64,000 bases of DNA from Gammaproteobacteria bacterium (GTDB taxonomy: Bacteria > Pseudomonadota > Gammaproteobacteria > Steroidobacterales > Foliamicaceae), in NCBI GenBank assembly GCA_965200225.1, contig CBDATM010000001.1, positions 633,510 through 697,509 of the forward strand, read 5' to 3'. The position numbers and the translations under genes were made by a program. Under the pieces are notes generated by a model. It worked only from the letters and a program-made list of their open reading frames with translations, was not told where the DNA came from and made no database searches. Positions 37,660 through 45,501 of this stretch are shown here, piece by piece (within the stretch, counting starts at the first letter, position 1; each line of letters opens with the position of its first letter).

Positions 37660-38010
37660 TCAAGCGGCATAGTCAAGCAGCCGACCGGCGCTGCCGAAGG
37701 CTTCGACCGTCCACCCTTCGTTTGATCCCATCGAACGGCGCAGTCGAACCCGGCCCTCGCTGCCAGCTAGCCGTCGAACGCGCGCACCGCTCTCGCGCAG
37801 GGTCCTCTCCACCGCCTTGATTTCGTGCTTAAAGGGCCCGGGCTTTGTCTTGCTGGTGATCCAAGCGTGCGGAGTTGCTTGCAGTATGCGCTCAGCATCC
37901 TGTGCGGTTGGCAACTGGCCACGTCCCCGGCGCCAAGGTGCAAGCACCGCAACGGGTTCGGGTTGCAGCATCTGCTTCCACACTCCGTCGATCTCTGGTT
38001 GGATCCGCAT
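37660..38010 (-). CDS. Hypothetical protein (116 aa), no recognisable domain
   Basis: The ATG at 38010 is preceded by GGAG and lies 8 nt after the stop of the upstream ORF. It has the same strand and composition as the operon. The longer track ORF (to 38424) overlaps the upstream gene and is unlikely. Confidence 0.45.
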   Translation of the reverse strand: MRIQPEIDGVWKQMLQPEPVAVLAPWRRGRGQLPTAQDAERILQATPHAWITSKTKPGPFKHEIKAVERTLRESGARVRRLAGSEGRVRLRRSMGSNEGWTVEAFGSAGRLLDYAA

Positions 38011-38018
38011 ATGCTCCG

Positions 38019-38498
38019 CTACCGTTTCGGCTCCGTCAACAGGCACCGCAGCGCGGTCAGCACCCGGCGGGGATGCTTGCGGTGCATGGCCATGCCCAGC
38101 CAGTAGGCTGCCTCCTCGCGCCCCATCGCCTCGATTCCTTCCGCCACCGCGCGCATGTTTTCGCGGCTGCGCATCGGCGCCAGGGTGCGGAACAGGAGCC
38201 CCAGCGCCAGCGCGAGATCCTCCGTCAGGGCATGGCCCCGCCTCGTCGCATTGGCAGGCCGTCCGAGCCTGACGCCAGCCTGCGAGAGCTGTTTCAGCAC
38301 CTGATGCTCGACCAGCTCGAGGTTGCGTCCTCGCAGCCCGGCGACGCGTGCTGCACAAGTGACATGCGGTGAGGCGGGCGCCGGCAGTTGCCAGATCTCG
38401 TACTCGGCATCCGCCGACCCGCAAGGCCGAACCCGCAACTCGTAGCGCGGCGCGGACTCCGGCATCTCGACGCTGGCTATGCGTTCCAGCCGCGCCAT
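38019..38498 (-). CDS. Hypothetical protein (159 aa) translationally abutted to the DUF499 ATPase
   Basis: The junction is TAA-ATG with zero spacing to the DUF499 stop (38499-38501). The sequence is helical and Arg-rich (…GREEAAYWLGMAMHRKHPRRVLTALRCLL). It could correspond to the small accessory protein family often found with DUF499/DUF1156 genes (DUF3780-like?), but I cannot confirm this. Confidence 0.55.
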   Translation of the reverse strand: MARLERIASVEMPESAPRYELRVRPCGSADAEYEIWQLPAPASPHVTCAARVAGLRGRNLELVEHQVLKQLSQAGVRLGRPANATRRGHALTEDLALALGLLFRTLAPMRSRENMRAVAEGIEAMGREEAAYWLGMAMHRKHPRRVLTALRCLLTEPKR

Positions 38499-41400
38499 TT
38501 ACGCTTTGGCTTCGGCTTTCGCCAAAACATGGGCGGCGCCGCTCGCGAACCGGCTGAGTTGCTCGGCCTGTTTCTCCGCAGCGTCCCCTTTCATCGGCAG
38601 GCCTTCCTTGAAGGTCAGCTCGAACCCGACCTCGAGGTCTGTCGAGCTGGCATCGCGAAGCTGTGGTTCCAGGAATTCGCGGACCGGTTGCGCATCGCTC
38701 ACCGGACCCCGGAACTCCAGTTCGAAGGTTCCGCCGTCGCGCGTCTCGTAGCCACCTTTCACGGTCACGATCACGACCGCGCCGGACACGGCGCCGACTG
38801 CACCGAGGAGCCGGAATGCGTGGCCGGCCTCGAACAGGCGGATGGTTAGCGATGCGATGGCTTCCACCTTCTTTGCCCGAGCCTGTTCCCAGAGCTGCAC
38901 GAGCGCTTCCCGGAGAATCCCCTCGGCTGCAAACGAGCCGGGTTCAGACCTGGTCACGTGCGGCGCACCTGGAGGAGAGCTGTATCCAGGGACTGCCGGT
39001 TCACTCACCTCGCCGTGCCCGGGAGCGGTTGATCGCGTTTCCGGCGGCTCGGCGGGCCTCCGTGGCCAGATGCCCTTACGCATCGCATAGTCCATCGTGA
39101 AGATCATCGACTGCTCGTCGATCTCGATGTCCGCCGCCGGGTCGTCCGGACCGAACAACAGGTCTCCGCGCCGGTATATGTACTCGCCTTGTTCAATGCC
39201 TTGCCGGACGCCGCGAACGAAGATGTCGTCGCCCACCAAAATGGGCAGTGCTGGATCGCGCCGAAATTCGTTCCTGAGCGACAGGGACGTGATGCTGCCT
39301 TTTTTGAGTGGCGTTCGGTCGCGCACATAGGCAGGCGAGTCCGGCTGATCCTCCGACAGCCGGAGCTTGTTCAGGTCGCGCAGTGCCCGCACGACCTGCT
39401 GTTGCCCGGCTCCTGGCTTGTCTGAGGCGGAGTGCGTGTCGATGGCGGTGTGCGCCAGATCGATGTCGCTTGCGTCAATGCGATTGCGCGATGGATAAAA
39501 CAGGTGCCGGTAGCACTGCTGGATGGCGAGGGCGAGCTCCTGCTCGGAGCGCTGCTCCATCTCGCGCACGCTGGCCTGTTGATGCTCCGCCAGCTCGACG
39601 AGACGCTCCGGCTTCTTCATTACCCGCAATGCCAGCCGACGATAAACCTTGCGGCGCATGTCCTCCTTGCGCGCCTCCTCGGCGGCTACGAAGACCAGAT
39701 GGTTTCGGAGCACGCGCAGCGCCGAGCCTTCCGATCCCTTCCGCTCGAAGATGCTTTCGATCAATTCCGGCACGGCTTCAACGGATGTCCCGATGGTTAC
39801 GGCCTCGAATCCGAGAACGACCAGCTTCGGCCGTCCGTCCGCAATGTCGTCGGCCACGTCGAACGGGCCGCCGGGAAACGGCACCGCGTCGAACGTCCTG
39901 CCGTCGAATATCTCGCGGATACGGCCGTTCAGCTCCGCGCGCGCTTCCCCGGCATCGACATGGTCTTCCGTGCGCCGGATGATCCGGGTCAGATTGGCTT
40001 CGGCCAGAAAGCGCATCGGTGCACCGGGCCGGTCGTCGAGATAGGCGGACTCGGCGATGAACTTCTTGCGCGCCTCTTCCACAAAGCTGATGTCCGTCGC
40101 GGGACCCAGCACCGAATAGCGCAGCCGCTCTGGCGAGATACCTTTCAAGGAATCGTTGAAGGCGAGCGTGTGCATGAAGATCGTGCGGGCGACATAGGCG
40201 GCATAGGGCGGCAGGCCCCCGTGATGCGCGGTGTCGATCTCCTGGGCCAACGCCGCCTTGCTTCCGGGTCCGGCGGACACATCGTTGGAAATGGCCGGCG
40301 TAAACGCCGACTGCTCCAGGCGCGTCACGATTTCTTGCCGGATTGGCTCGTGTCCCGGGTCCATGTGGTGCAGGTGGATTGCCATGGCGTCGGCCGGCCG
40401 TTCCCGCCACAGATGCGCCACCGTGCGCGCCAAGAGCCGCAACATGCCCCGCACCCGCTGGAAATTGCCGAGTGTGGCGGTCTTGGATGTCAGCGTCTCC
40501 AGCACTTCCGGGTGTAGGGGATAGCTCGACCGGAAAGCTTCGACGGCCTCGGGCCGGGTGGCGGTTTCGGGCAAAGCATCGCCGTGGGTCGTCCATTTTG
40601 TCCCGTAGGCTGCCGCCGCGTCATTCGCCGCCTTGTCGTCGATGGATTCGAACAGGCGGCGCCGAAGAACCTGGACCGTTTCATCCTCTTCGGTCGGGTT
40701 GAGCAGCGTGGCCTTGCGCGCCGACACACTCTCGGCTTCCCCCATGCCGTCGGCGAGGAACTGGTTTTCGTTTTTGTAGGCGTTGGTGGCCCGACCGTCC
40801 TTGCCTACGGCTAGCGTGTAGACGAGTGCCGCGTTGTCGGTGCCCTCCACGGCCTTGAACAGAGAGGTCAGAAACGCCGTCAGTTGATCGCCGCCGTTGC
40901 CGAGTCTGTTTGCCTTGCGCAGATAGATAGACAGCTCGTCGAGCAGAATGAGTGCCGGTTCGCCGCCGAACAGTTCCCGCATAGTCCCGGCGCCCGGAGC
41001 GACCCCGGCCTCGTCGCTCTTGCGTATTCGTTCGTAGCCGTCTTTGCCGCCGAGCGCGGAGGCGATCTCGCCCCAGGGAGTGAATGCGAGATGCCCTCCG
41101 TCCATCCGGCGGCCGTTTGCCGGGTCCGCGTTCTCGCCATCGAAGGCCGCGATGCGAACGCGGCCCCTCGGCAGCAGAGCGGGCTTCACAAACTCCTCGA
41201 TCCTCGGCACATTAGCGCCGCTCCGAGCGGCGTGGCACAGGGCGATCAGGCCGTGCGATTTGCCTCCGCCATAGGAGGTGTCGAGGCGGAATATCGACGC
41301 GACTTCGCCGCCCGCGCCGCTCAATCGGCGACAGACATGTGTCAGCAGGTTCTTGAGGCCCCTCGTCGGATAGGTGTTGTCGAAGAAACGGACCGGATCG

Positions 41401-41528
41401 GCATAGTCGTCGCTTCCCTTACCCACAATCACCTGCGCCAAATCCGCCGCGAACTCGGCCTCCGCCAACGCGCCTGTCAAGACATCCCCACGCGGGCGGC
41501 AAGAATCGAATATCGTCGGGACCGTCAT
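38499..41528 (-). CDS. DUF499 (COG1483-type) P-loop ATPase, BrxC/PglY-like
   Basis: 1009 aa. Walker A-like FRLDTSYGGGKSHGLIAL and Walker B ALILLDELSIY, with a long helical C-terminal region typical of DUF499 proteins. Confidence 0.85.
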   Translation of the reverse strand: MTVPTIFDSCRPRGDVLTGALAEAEFAADLAQVIVGKGSDDYADPVRFFDNTYPTRGLKNLLTHVCRRLSGAGGEVASIFRLDTSYGGGKSHGLIALCHAARSGANVPRIEEFVKPALLPRGRVRIAAFDGENADPANGRRMDGGHLAFTPWGEIASALGGKDGYERIRKSDEAGVAPGAGTMRELFGGEPALILLDELSIYLRKANRLGNGGDQLTAFLTSLFKAVEGTDNAALVYTLAVGKDGRATNAYKNENQFLADGMGEAESVSARKATLLNPTEEDETVQVLRRRLFESIDDKAANDAAAAYGTKWTTHGDALPETATRPEAVEAFRSSYPLHPEVLETLTSKTATLGNFQRVRGMLRLLARTVAHLWRERPADAMAIHLHHMDPGHEPIRQEIVTRLEQSAFTPAISNDVSAGPGSKAALAQEIDTAHHGGLPPYAAYVARTIFMHTLAFNDSLKGISPERLRYSVLGPATDISFVEEARKKFIAESAYLDDRPGAPMRFLAEANLTRIIRRTEDHVDAGEARAELNGRIREIFDGRTFDAVPFPGGPFDVADDIADGRPKLVVLGFEAVTIGTSVEAVPELIESIFERKGSEGSALRVLRNHLVFVAAEEARKEDMRRKVYRRLALRVMKKPERLVELAEHQQASVREMEQRSEQELALAIQQCYRHLFYPSRNRIDASDIDLAHTAIDTHSASDKPGAGQQQVVRALRDLNKLRLSEDQPDSPAYVRDRTPLKKGSITSLSLRNEFRRDPALPILVGDDIFVRGVRQGIEQGEYIYRRGDLLFGPDDPAADIEIDEQSMIFTMDYAMRKGIWPRRPAEPPETRSTAPGHGEVSEPAVPGYSSPPGAPHVTRSEPGSFAAEGILREALVQLWEQARAKKVEAIASLTIRLFEAGHAFRLLGAVGAVSGAVVIVTVKGGYETRDGGTFELEFRGPVSDAQPVREFLEPQLRDASSTDLEVGFELTFKEGLPMKGDAAEKQAEQLSRFASGAAHVLAKAEAKA

Positions 41529-41633
41529 CGTTTGCCTGTCATCCGTTTGCTTTCTTCACCCGGACCCACCGCGTTCGCGTCCTTCCATCGGTCGCTGGGC
41601 CGGGAACGGCGCCAGGCGCAGCTGGCTGTCAAC

Positions 41634-42065
41634 CTATGATGTTGGCTGCGAGGTTGCTCCCCTGGTCCCAAAATAAAACCCCACAATTGAACCCGTCAAC
41701 GTACCGAACGCAGTCAGAGCACTATCGAAATTTTCGCCCAAAGCCGGGGAGCCAAGCCCTATTACATTGACAAATGAACCGATCACCGCCAACGCGAGAA
41801 TGGCCCGTATCGACCCTTGAGGAAGATTCAGTCCGCGCAACTCCTTTCCAGCATTGGCGCTACTGTTTTTTCTTCCTGCAACGTAAGCGTAAACAGCGGC
41901 ACCTACGGTGACAAGCAACATCCAAACACATTGCGCGACTACTAACGGAGAATTCCAATCCAGTGGATCTGGAGATTTTGAAGACCCATTTTGGGCAAAC
42001 GCATCCAATCCAGCAAAATGCATTGTAATCAATGCCAAGACGATGGTTGTCATTTTCCAGTTCAT
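41634..42065 (-). CDS. Small membrane protein, unknown function (low G+C), first gene of the island
   Basis: 143 aa with a signal peptide (…AGLDAFA/QN) plus 3 TM helices and a GGAGG RBS. Composition is roughly 45-50% G+C by eye, against about 65% for neighbours. Confidence 0.55.
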   Translation of the reverse strand: MNWKMTTIVLALITMHFAGLDAFAQNGSSKSPDPLDWNSPLVVAQCVWMLLVTVGAAVYAYVAGRKNSSANAGKELRGLNLPQGSIRAILALAVIGSFVNVIGLGSPALGENFDSALTAFGTLTGSIVGFYFGTRGATSQPTS

Positions 42066-42370
42066 CAGCGCGGACCTCCGCTTATGTCAAATGCACAAGT
42101 TTGCCGCAATCCTCGGGCCGTATCAAAACATATGGCCCGCCTCGCTTTCCTCAAATATTCTAGGGCATCGAATCCATCGTTGGGACTGGAGCGCTTGTCC
42201 CAACGATGGATTAGCGGCGCAACCGGCGCTGGCGCAGTTCCTGCTCCGGCAGGAAGGCGAGCGGATCGTCCAGCAAAGCCCGGATTGCCGCGGCCAGCTG
42301 GGCCGGCTCGACAACAGCGAGCCGGTCCATTCATCCAGCGCCCAAATAACGCCGTTACGCGAAACAAGCA

Positions 42371-42805
42371 TCAACGTGATGCGTTGGTCAGCATGAAGCG
42401 CGCCTGGGCGGTGGCGGCGAGTGCGCCGTTGTCGTTGCGAAACGCCTTGCCTTCCATCTCCATCATGCGGCCCCGCCGCCGAACGAGGCGGCCTTCGAGC
42501 TTCAGTCCGATGCCCGTCGGCACCGCGTTGCGGTAGCGCACCTCGCAGCGTGCCGTATGCGCGCGCAGGCCCTGCAGGAAACTCCAGTTGGCCATTACGT
42601 CGTCCAGCAGGGAATAGAGAATTCCGCCGTGCAGCATGTCGCTGTAACCCACATGCGTCGGCCCGGGCGTGAATTTCGCCCGGCAAACCAACTCGCCGCC
42701 GCTTTCCTCCAGACGGAACCGCACTTGCAATCCGCCGGGATTGGACGGGCCGCACACAAAGCAATGATTGGCGGGGTCCCGGAGATTGACGGCATTCTTT
42801 TCCAT
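42371..42805 (-). CDS. PaaI-family hotdog thioesterase
   Basis: 144 aa. HCFVCGPSNPGGLQVRF... and MLHGGILYSLLDD are motifs typical of this thioesterase subfamily. Confidence 0.75.
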   Translation of the reverse strand: MEKNAVNLRDPANHCFVCGPSNPGGLQVRFRLEESGGELVCRAKFTPGPTHVGYSDMLHGGILYSLLDDVMANWSFLQGLRAHTARCEVRYRNAVPTGIGLKLEGRLVRRRGRMMEMEGKAFRNDNGALAATAQARFMLTNASR

Positions 42806-42889
42806 GGACTGTTATTGTGCGCGGAACACTGGGTTAAGGCATGATAGAAACGGAAGCGGAGAACGCGGAAATGATACGCGGGCTGAACC

Positions 42890-43324
42890 ATGACATATGA
42901 CTCGGGCAACATCTTTGCGCGTATCCTCGCGGGCGAAGCGAAGTGCCACAGCGCTTACGAAGACGAGCATGTTCTGGCCATCATGGATGTCATGCCGCGA
43001 GCCGACGGTCATGTTCTTGTGCTGCCCAAGGCGCCTGCCGCGGACTTTCTGGCGCTGCCCCGCGCCGCCGTGCCTGGCGTGTTTGCGGCTACGAAGCGGC
43101 TGGCGAAAGCCGTAAAAGAGGCCTTCGCGGCAGATGGCGTTCTCATCAGGCTGCATAACGGTTCCGCGGCGGGCCAAGTGGTGTTTCATATGCATGTTCA
43201 TGTGATTCCCTGCCACCACGGCCAGCAGATAAAGCCGTCGGGCCACGCGCTTGCGGATGATCAGGCGCTGGCGCAGCACGCGCGGCTTGTTAGCGACGCG
43301 CTGGCCCGGCAAGCGGCGGAATAA
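42890..43324 (+). CDS. HIT-family nucleotide hydrolase
   Basis: IFARILAGE... and the histidine triad VVFHMHVHVIP. Confidence 0.88.
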   Translation: MTYDSGNIFARILAGEAKCHSAYEDEHVLAIMDVMPRADGHVLVLPKAPAADFLALPRAAVPGVFAATKRLAKAVKEAFAADGVLIRLHNGSAAGQVVFHMHVHVIPCHHGQQIKPSGHALADDQALAQHARLVSDALARQAAE

Positions 43325-43345
43325 AGGCCAACAGGGGCAAGCGCG

Positions 43346-44503
43346 ATGCCGACCAGCCATCTTGACTGGCCGTTCTTCGAGGCGCGCCATCGCGCGCGCG
43401 AACGCAGGCTGGAGGAGTGGTGCGGACAGCAATCCTGGACGCGCGAGCCGTCGGCCAAGGACCTGGATGCCGTATGCAGGGACATCGCCGCGCGTCTGGG
43501 GGAAGCCGGATTTCTCAAGATGGCGGTTCCCCAACCGTTCGGGGAAGACGCGAATCCTGATCTCCGAAGCCTGTGCCTGATGCGGGAGACTCTGGCGCGC
43601 CACGATCCCCTGGCGGATTTTGTCTATGCGATGCAGATGCTCGGCAGCGCTCCGATCAGCCTCTATGGCAGCCGTAGGCAAAAGGACGCCTGGCTCCAAG
43701 ACGTCGCTGCCGGCCGCAAGATCGCCGCCTTCGCGCTGTCGGAAGCGGAGGCCGGCTCCGACGTTGCCGCTATGTCCACTCGTGCGGAGCTGGACGACGG
43801 CTGTTACGTGCTCAATGGCTCCAAGGCCTGGATTTCCAACGCCGGGGTAGCGGACTTCTACGTGGTGTTCGCCCGAACCGGCGAGGGCAGGCGGGGCGTA
43901 AGCGCGTTCATCGTGCCGGCGGAGACTTCAGGGCTGGAGGTTAGCGAAAGAACGCCGGTCATCGCGGGGCATCCGCTAGGCAGCCTTGCGTTCACGGATT
44001 GTCGGGTGCCGGCGGATTCCATGCTGGGTGAACCAGGGGACGGACTGCGTGTGGCGCTGGGAACCCTGGACCTGTGCCGCTCCACGGTAGGAGCGGCGGC
44101 GTTGGGCATGGCGCGCCGCGCCTATGCCGAGGCCCTGCGCCGGTCCCGTAGCCGCGAACTGTTCGGCGGCATGCTCTCGGACCTGCAACTTACGCAGGCT
44201 GCCCTGGCGGACATGGCCACCGCCGTCGACGCTTCAGCACTGCTGATTTACCGGGCAGCCTGGCTGCGGGATTCAGGGAAACCGCGCATTACCCGCGAAG
44301 CCTCCATGGCCAAGCTGTTTGCGACCGAACAGGCGCAGAAGGTGATTGATCGCGCCGTGCAGCTTTTCGGCGGCGAAGGGTTGCGCGCCGGATCGGTTGT
44401 CGAGCGCCTGTACCGCGAAATCCGTGCGCTCAGGATCTACGAGGGGGCGAGTGAAATCCAGCAACTGCTCATTGCGCGCCACGAGTTGCGGGAAGAAAAA
44501 TAG
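43346..44503 (+). CDS. Acyl-CoA dehydrogenase
   Basis: 385 aa with [31 protein letters not shown] and C-terminal [16 protein letters not shown]. Confidence 0.88.
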   Translation: MPTSHLDWPFFEARHRARERRLEEWCGQQSWTREPSAKDLDAVCRDIAARLGEAGFLKMAVPQPFGEDANPDLRSLCLMRETLARHDPLADFVYAMQMLGSAPISLYGSRRQKDAWLQDVAAGRKIAAFALSEAEAGSDVAAMSTRAELDDGCYVLNGSKAWISNAGVADFYVVFARTGEGRRGVSAFIVPAETSGLEVSERTPVIAGHPLGSLAFTDCRVPADSMLGEPGDGLRVALGTLDLCRSTVGAAALGMARRAYAEALRRSRSRELFGGMLSDLQLTQAALADMATAVDASALLIYRAAWLRDSGKPRITREASMAKLFATEQAQKVIDRAVQLFGGEGLRAGSVVERLYREIRALRIYEGASEIQQLLIARHELREEK

Positions 44504-44551
44504 AAGCGGGAAGCAAAGCGGAAAGCGGGATGGAAATAGCGGCGCGGGGCA

Positions 44552-45430
44552 TCATGCGGTGTCCGCGGCGCAACGGAACCCCAGGTTGTTGAGCCCGGAA
44601 TCGGGTGGAGTCATCATCCGCGCGGCCAGACGGTAACCTCGGCAGTAGTTCTCGCTGCACAGCCAACTGCCGCCTCGGTGGACTTTCTGCGTTCCGCTGT
44701 CCGGACCGCGTGGGTTCTCGGTGGGTGATCGGGCGAAGTAATCGGGCGCGTACCAGTCGTTAACCCACTCCCATACATTGCCCGTCATATCGTAGAGACC
44801 GAATCCATTGGGCGGGAATTGTCCAACGGGCGCGTGCCCCGGATAGCCGTCCAGCGCCCGGTCCTGATAGGGGAACTCGCCCTGCCACAGATTCGCCTGG
44901 TGCATGCCTTCGGGCGCCAATTCGTTTCCCCACGCGTAGCGTGTATTCCTGACGCCGCCGCGGGCTGCATATTCGAACTCGGCCTCAGTGGGCAGGCGGG
45001 CGCCTCGCCATGCGCAATAGGAAACGGCATCGTCCCATGAGACATGCACCGCGGGATGTTCCGGCATGTCCTCATGCGAGGAACCCGGGCCGTTGGGATG
45101 GCGCCAGTTGGCGCCGTCGCTCTTCGTCCATCGGCTGAGCGCGGCTTCGAACACGCCCGACCATCCCAGCCTTTCGGATTCGGTGACGTAGCTGGTGGCC
45201 TCCGCAAACCTGGCGAACTGGGCGTTGGTGACCTCGTGTACATCGATATAAAAGGAATCCACGACCACCCTGTGCGCCGGGCCCTCGTAAGGCAGTCCGT
45301 CATTCATGCCCATCACGAACTCCCCTCCGCCAATGAGCAGCATTCCCTGGGCATCGACTGGATCCCGGGAACTGCAACCCAAGCCCAAAATGACACCGAA
45401 TGCCAGCGCTGCCGAGGTAAATTTACGCAT
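44552..45430 (-). CDS. Formylglycine-generating-enzyme (SUMF1/FGE-sulfatase) family lipoprotein
   Basis: HEVTNAQFARF, HPAVHVSWDDAVSYCAWRGARLPTEAEFEYAARGG, GNVWEWVNDWY and RGGSW. The likely start is MRKFTSAAL...GLGC/SS (lipobox) at 45430, not the track start at 45643. Confidence 0.85.
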   Translation of the reverse strand: MRKFTSAALAFGVILGLGCSSRDPVDAQGMLLIGGGEFVMGMNDGLPYEGPAHRVVVDSFYIDVHEVTNAQFARFAEATSYVTESERLGWSGVFEAALSRWTKSDGANWRHPNGPGSSHEDMPEHPAVHVSWDDAVSYCAWRGARLPTEAEFEYAARGGVRNTRYAWGNELAPEGMHQANLWQGEFPYQDRALDGYPGHAPVGQFPPNGFGLYDMTGNVWEWVNDWYAPDYFARSPTENPRGPDSGTQKVHRGGSWLCSENYCRGYRLAARMMTPPDSGLNNLGFRCAADTA

Positions 45431-45501
45431 ACCCCCTATTATAGAAAGCGGGTGTCCCTTCGTTTTTTCACACCGGCCTGGTTCCGCCGGACATTGAGTC
45501 C

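Noticed and set aside
29802-41528. Classification of the island as BREX or DISARM
   Set aside because: A DUF499 ATPase (BrxC/PglY-like) and an SNF2/PLD helicase are present. However, there is no PglZ, BrxA/B/L or PglX-type methylase (BREX), and no DrmA/DrmB(DUF1998) (DISARM). The methylase is DUF1156 type, which fits the separate helicase-methylase-ATPase trio.
29552-42215. Prophage or integrative element carrying the defence genes
   Set aside because: There are no integrase, recombinase, phage structural or conjugation genes, and no flanking direct repeats visible by eye. It is treated as a defence islet of unknown mobility.
42123-42764. 213-aa minus-strand ORF spanning the island edge and the thioesterase gene
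   Set aside because: It overlaps the well-supported hotdog thioesterase ORF (42371..42805) in another frame, and its composition is that of a shadow ORF.
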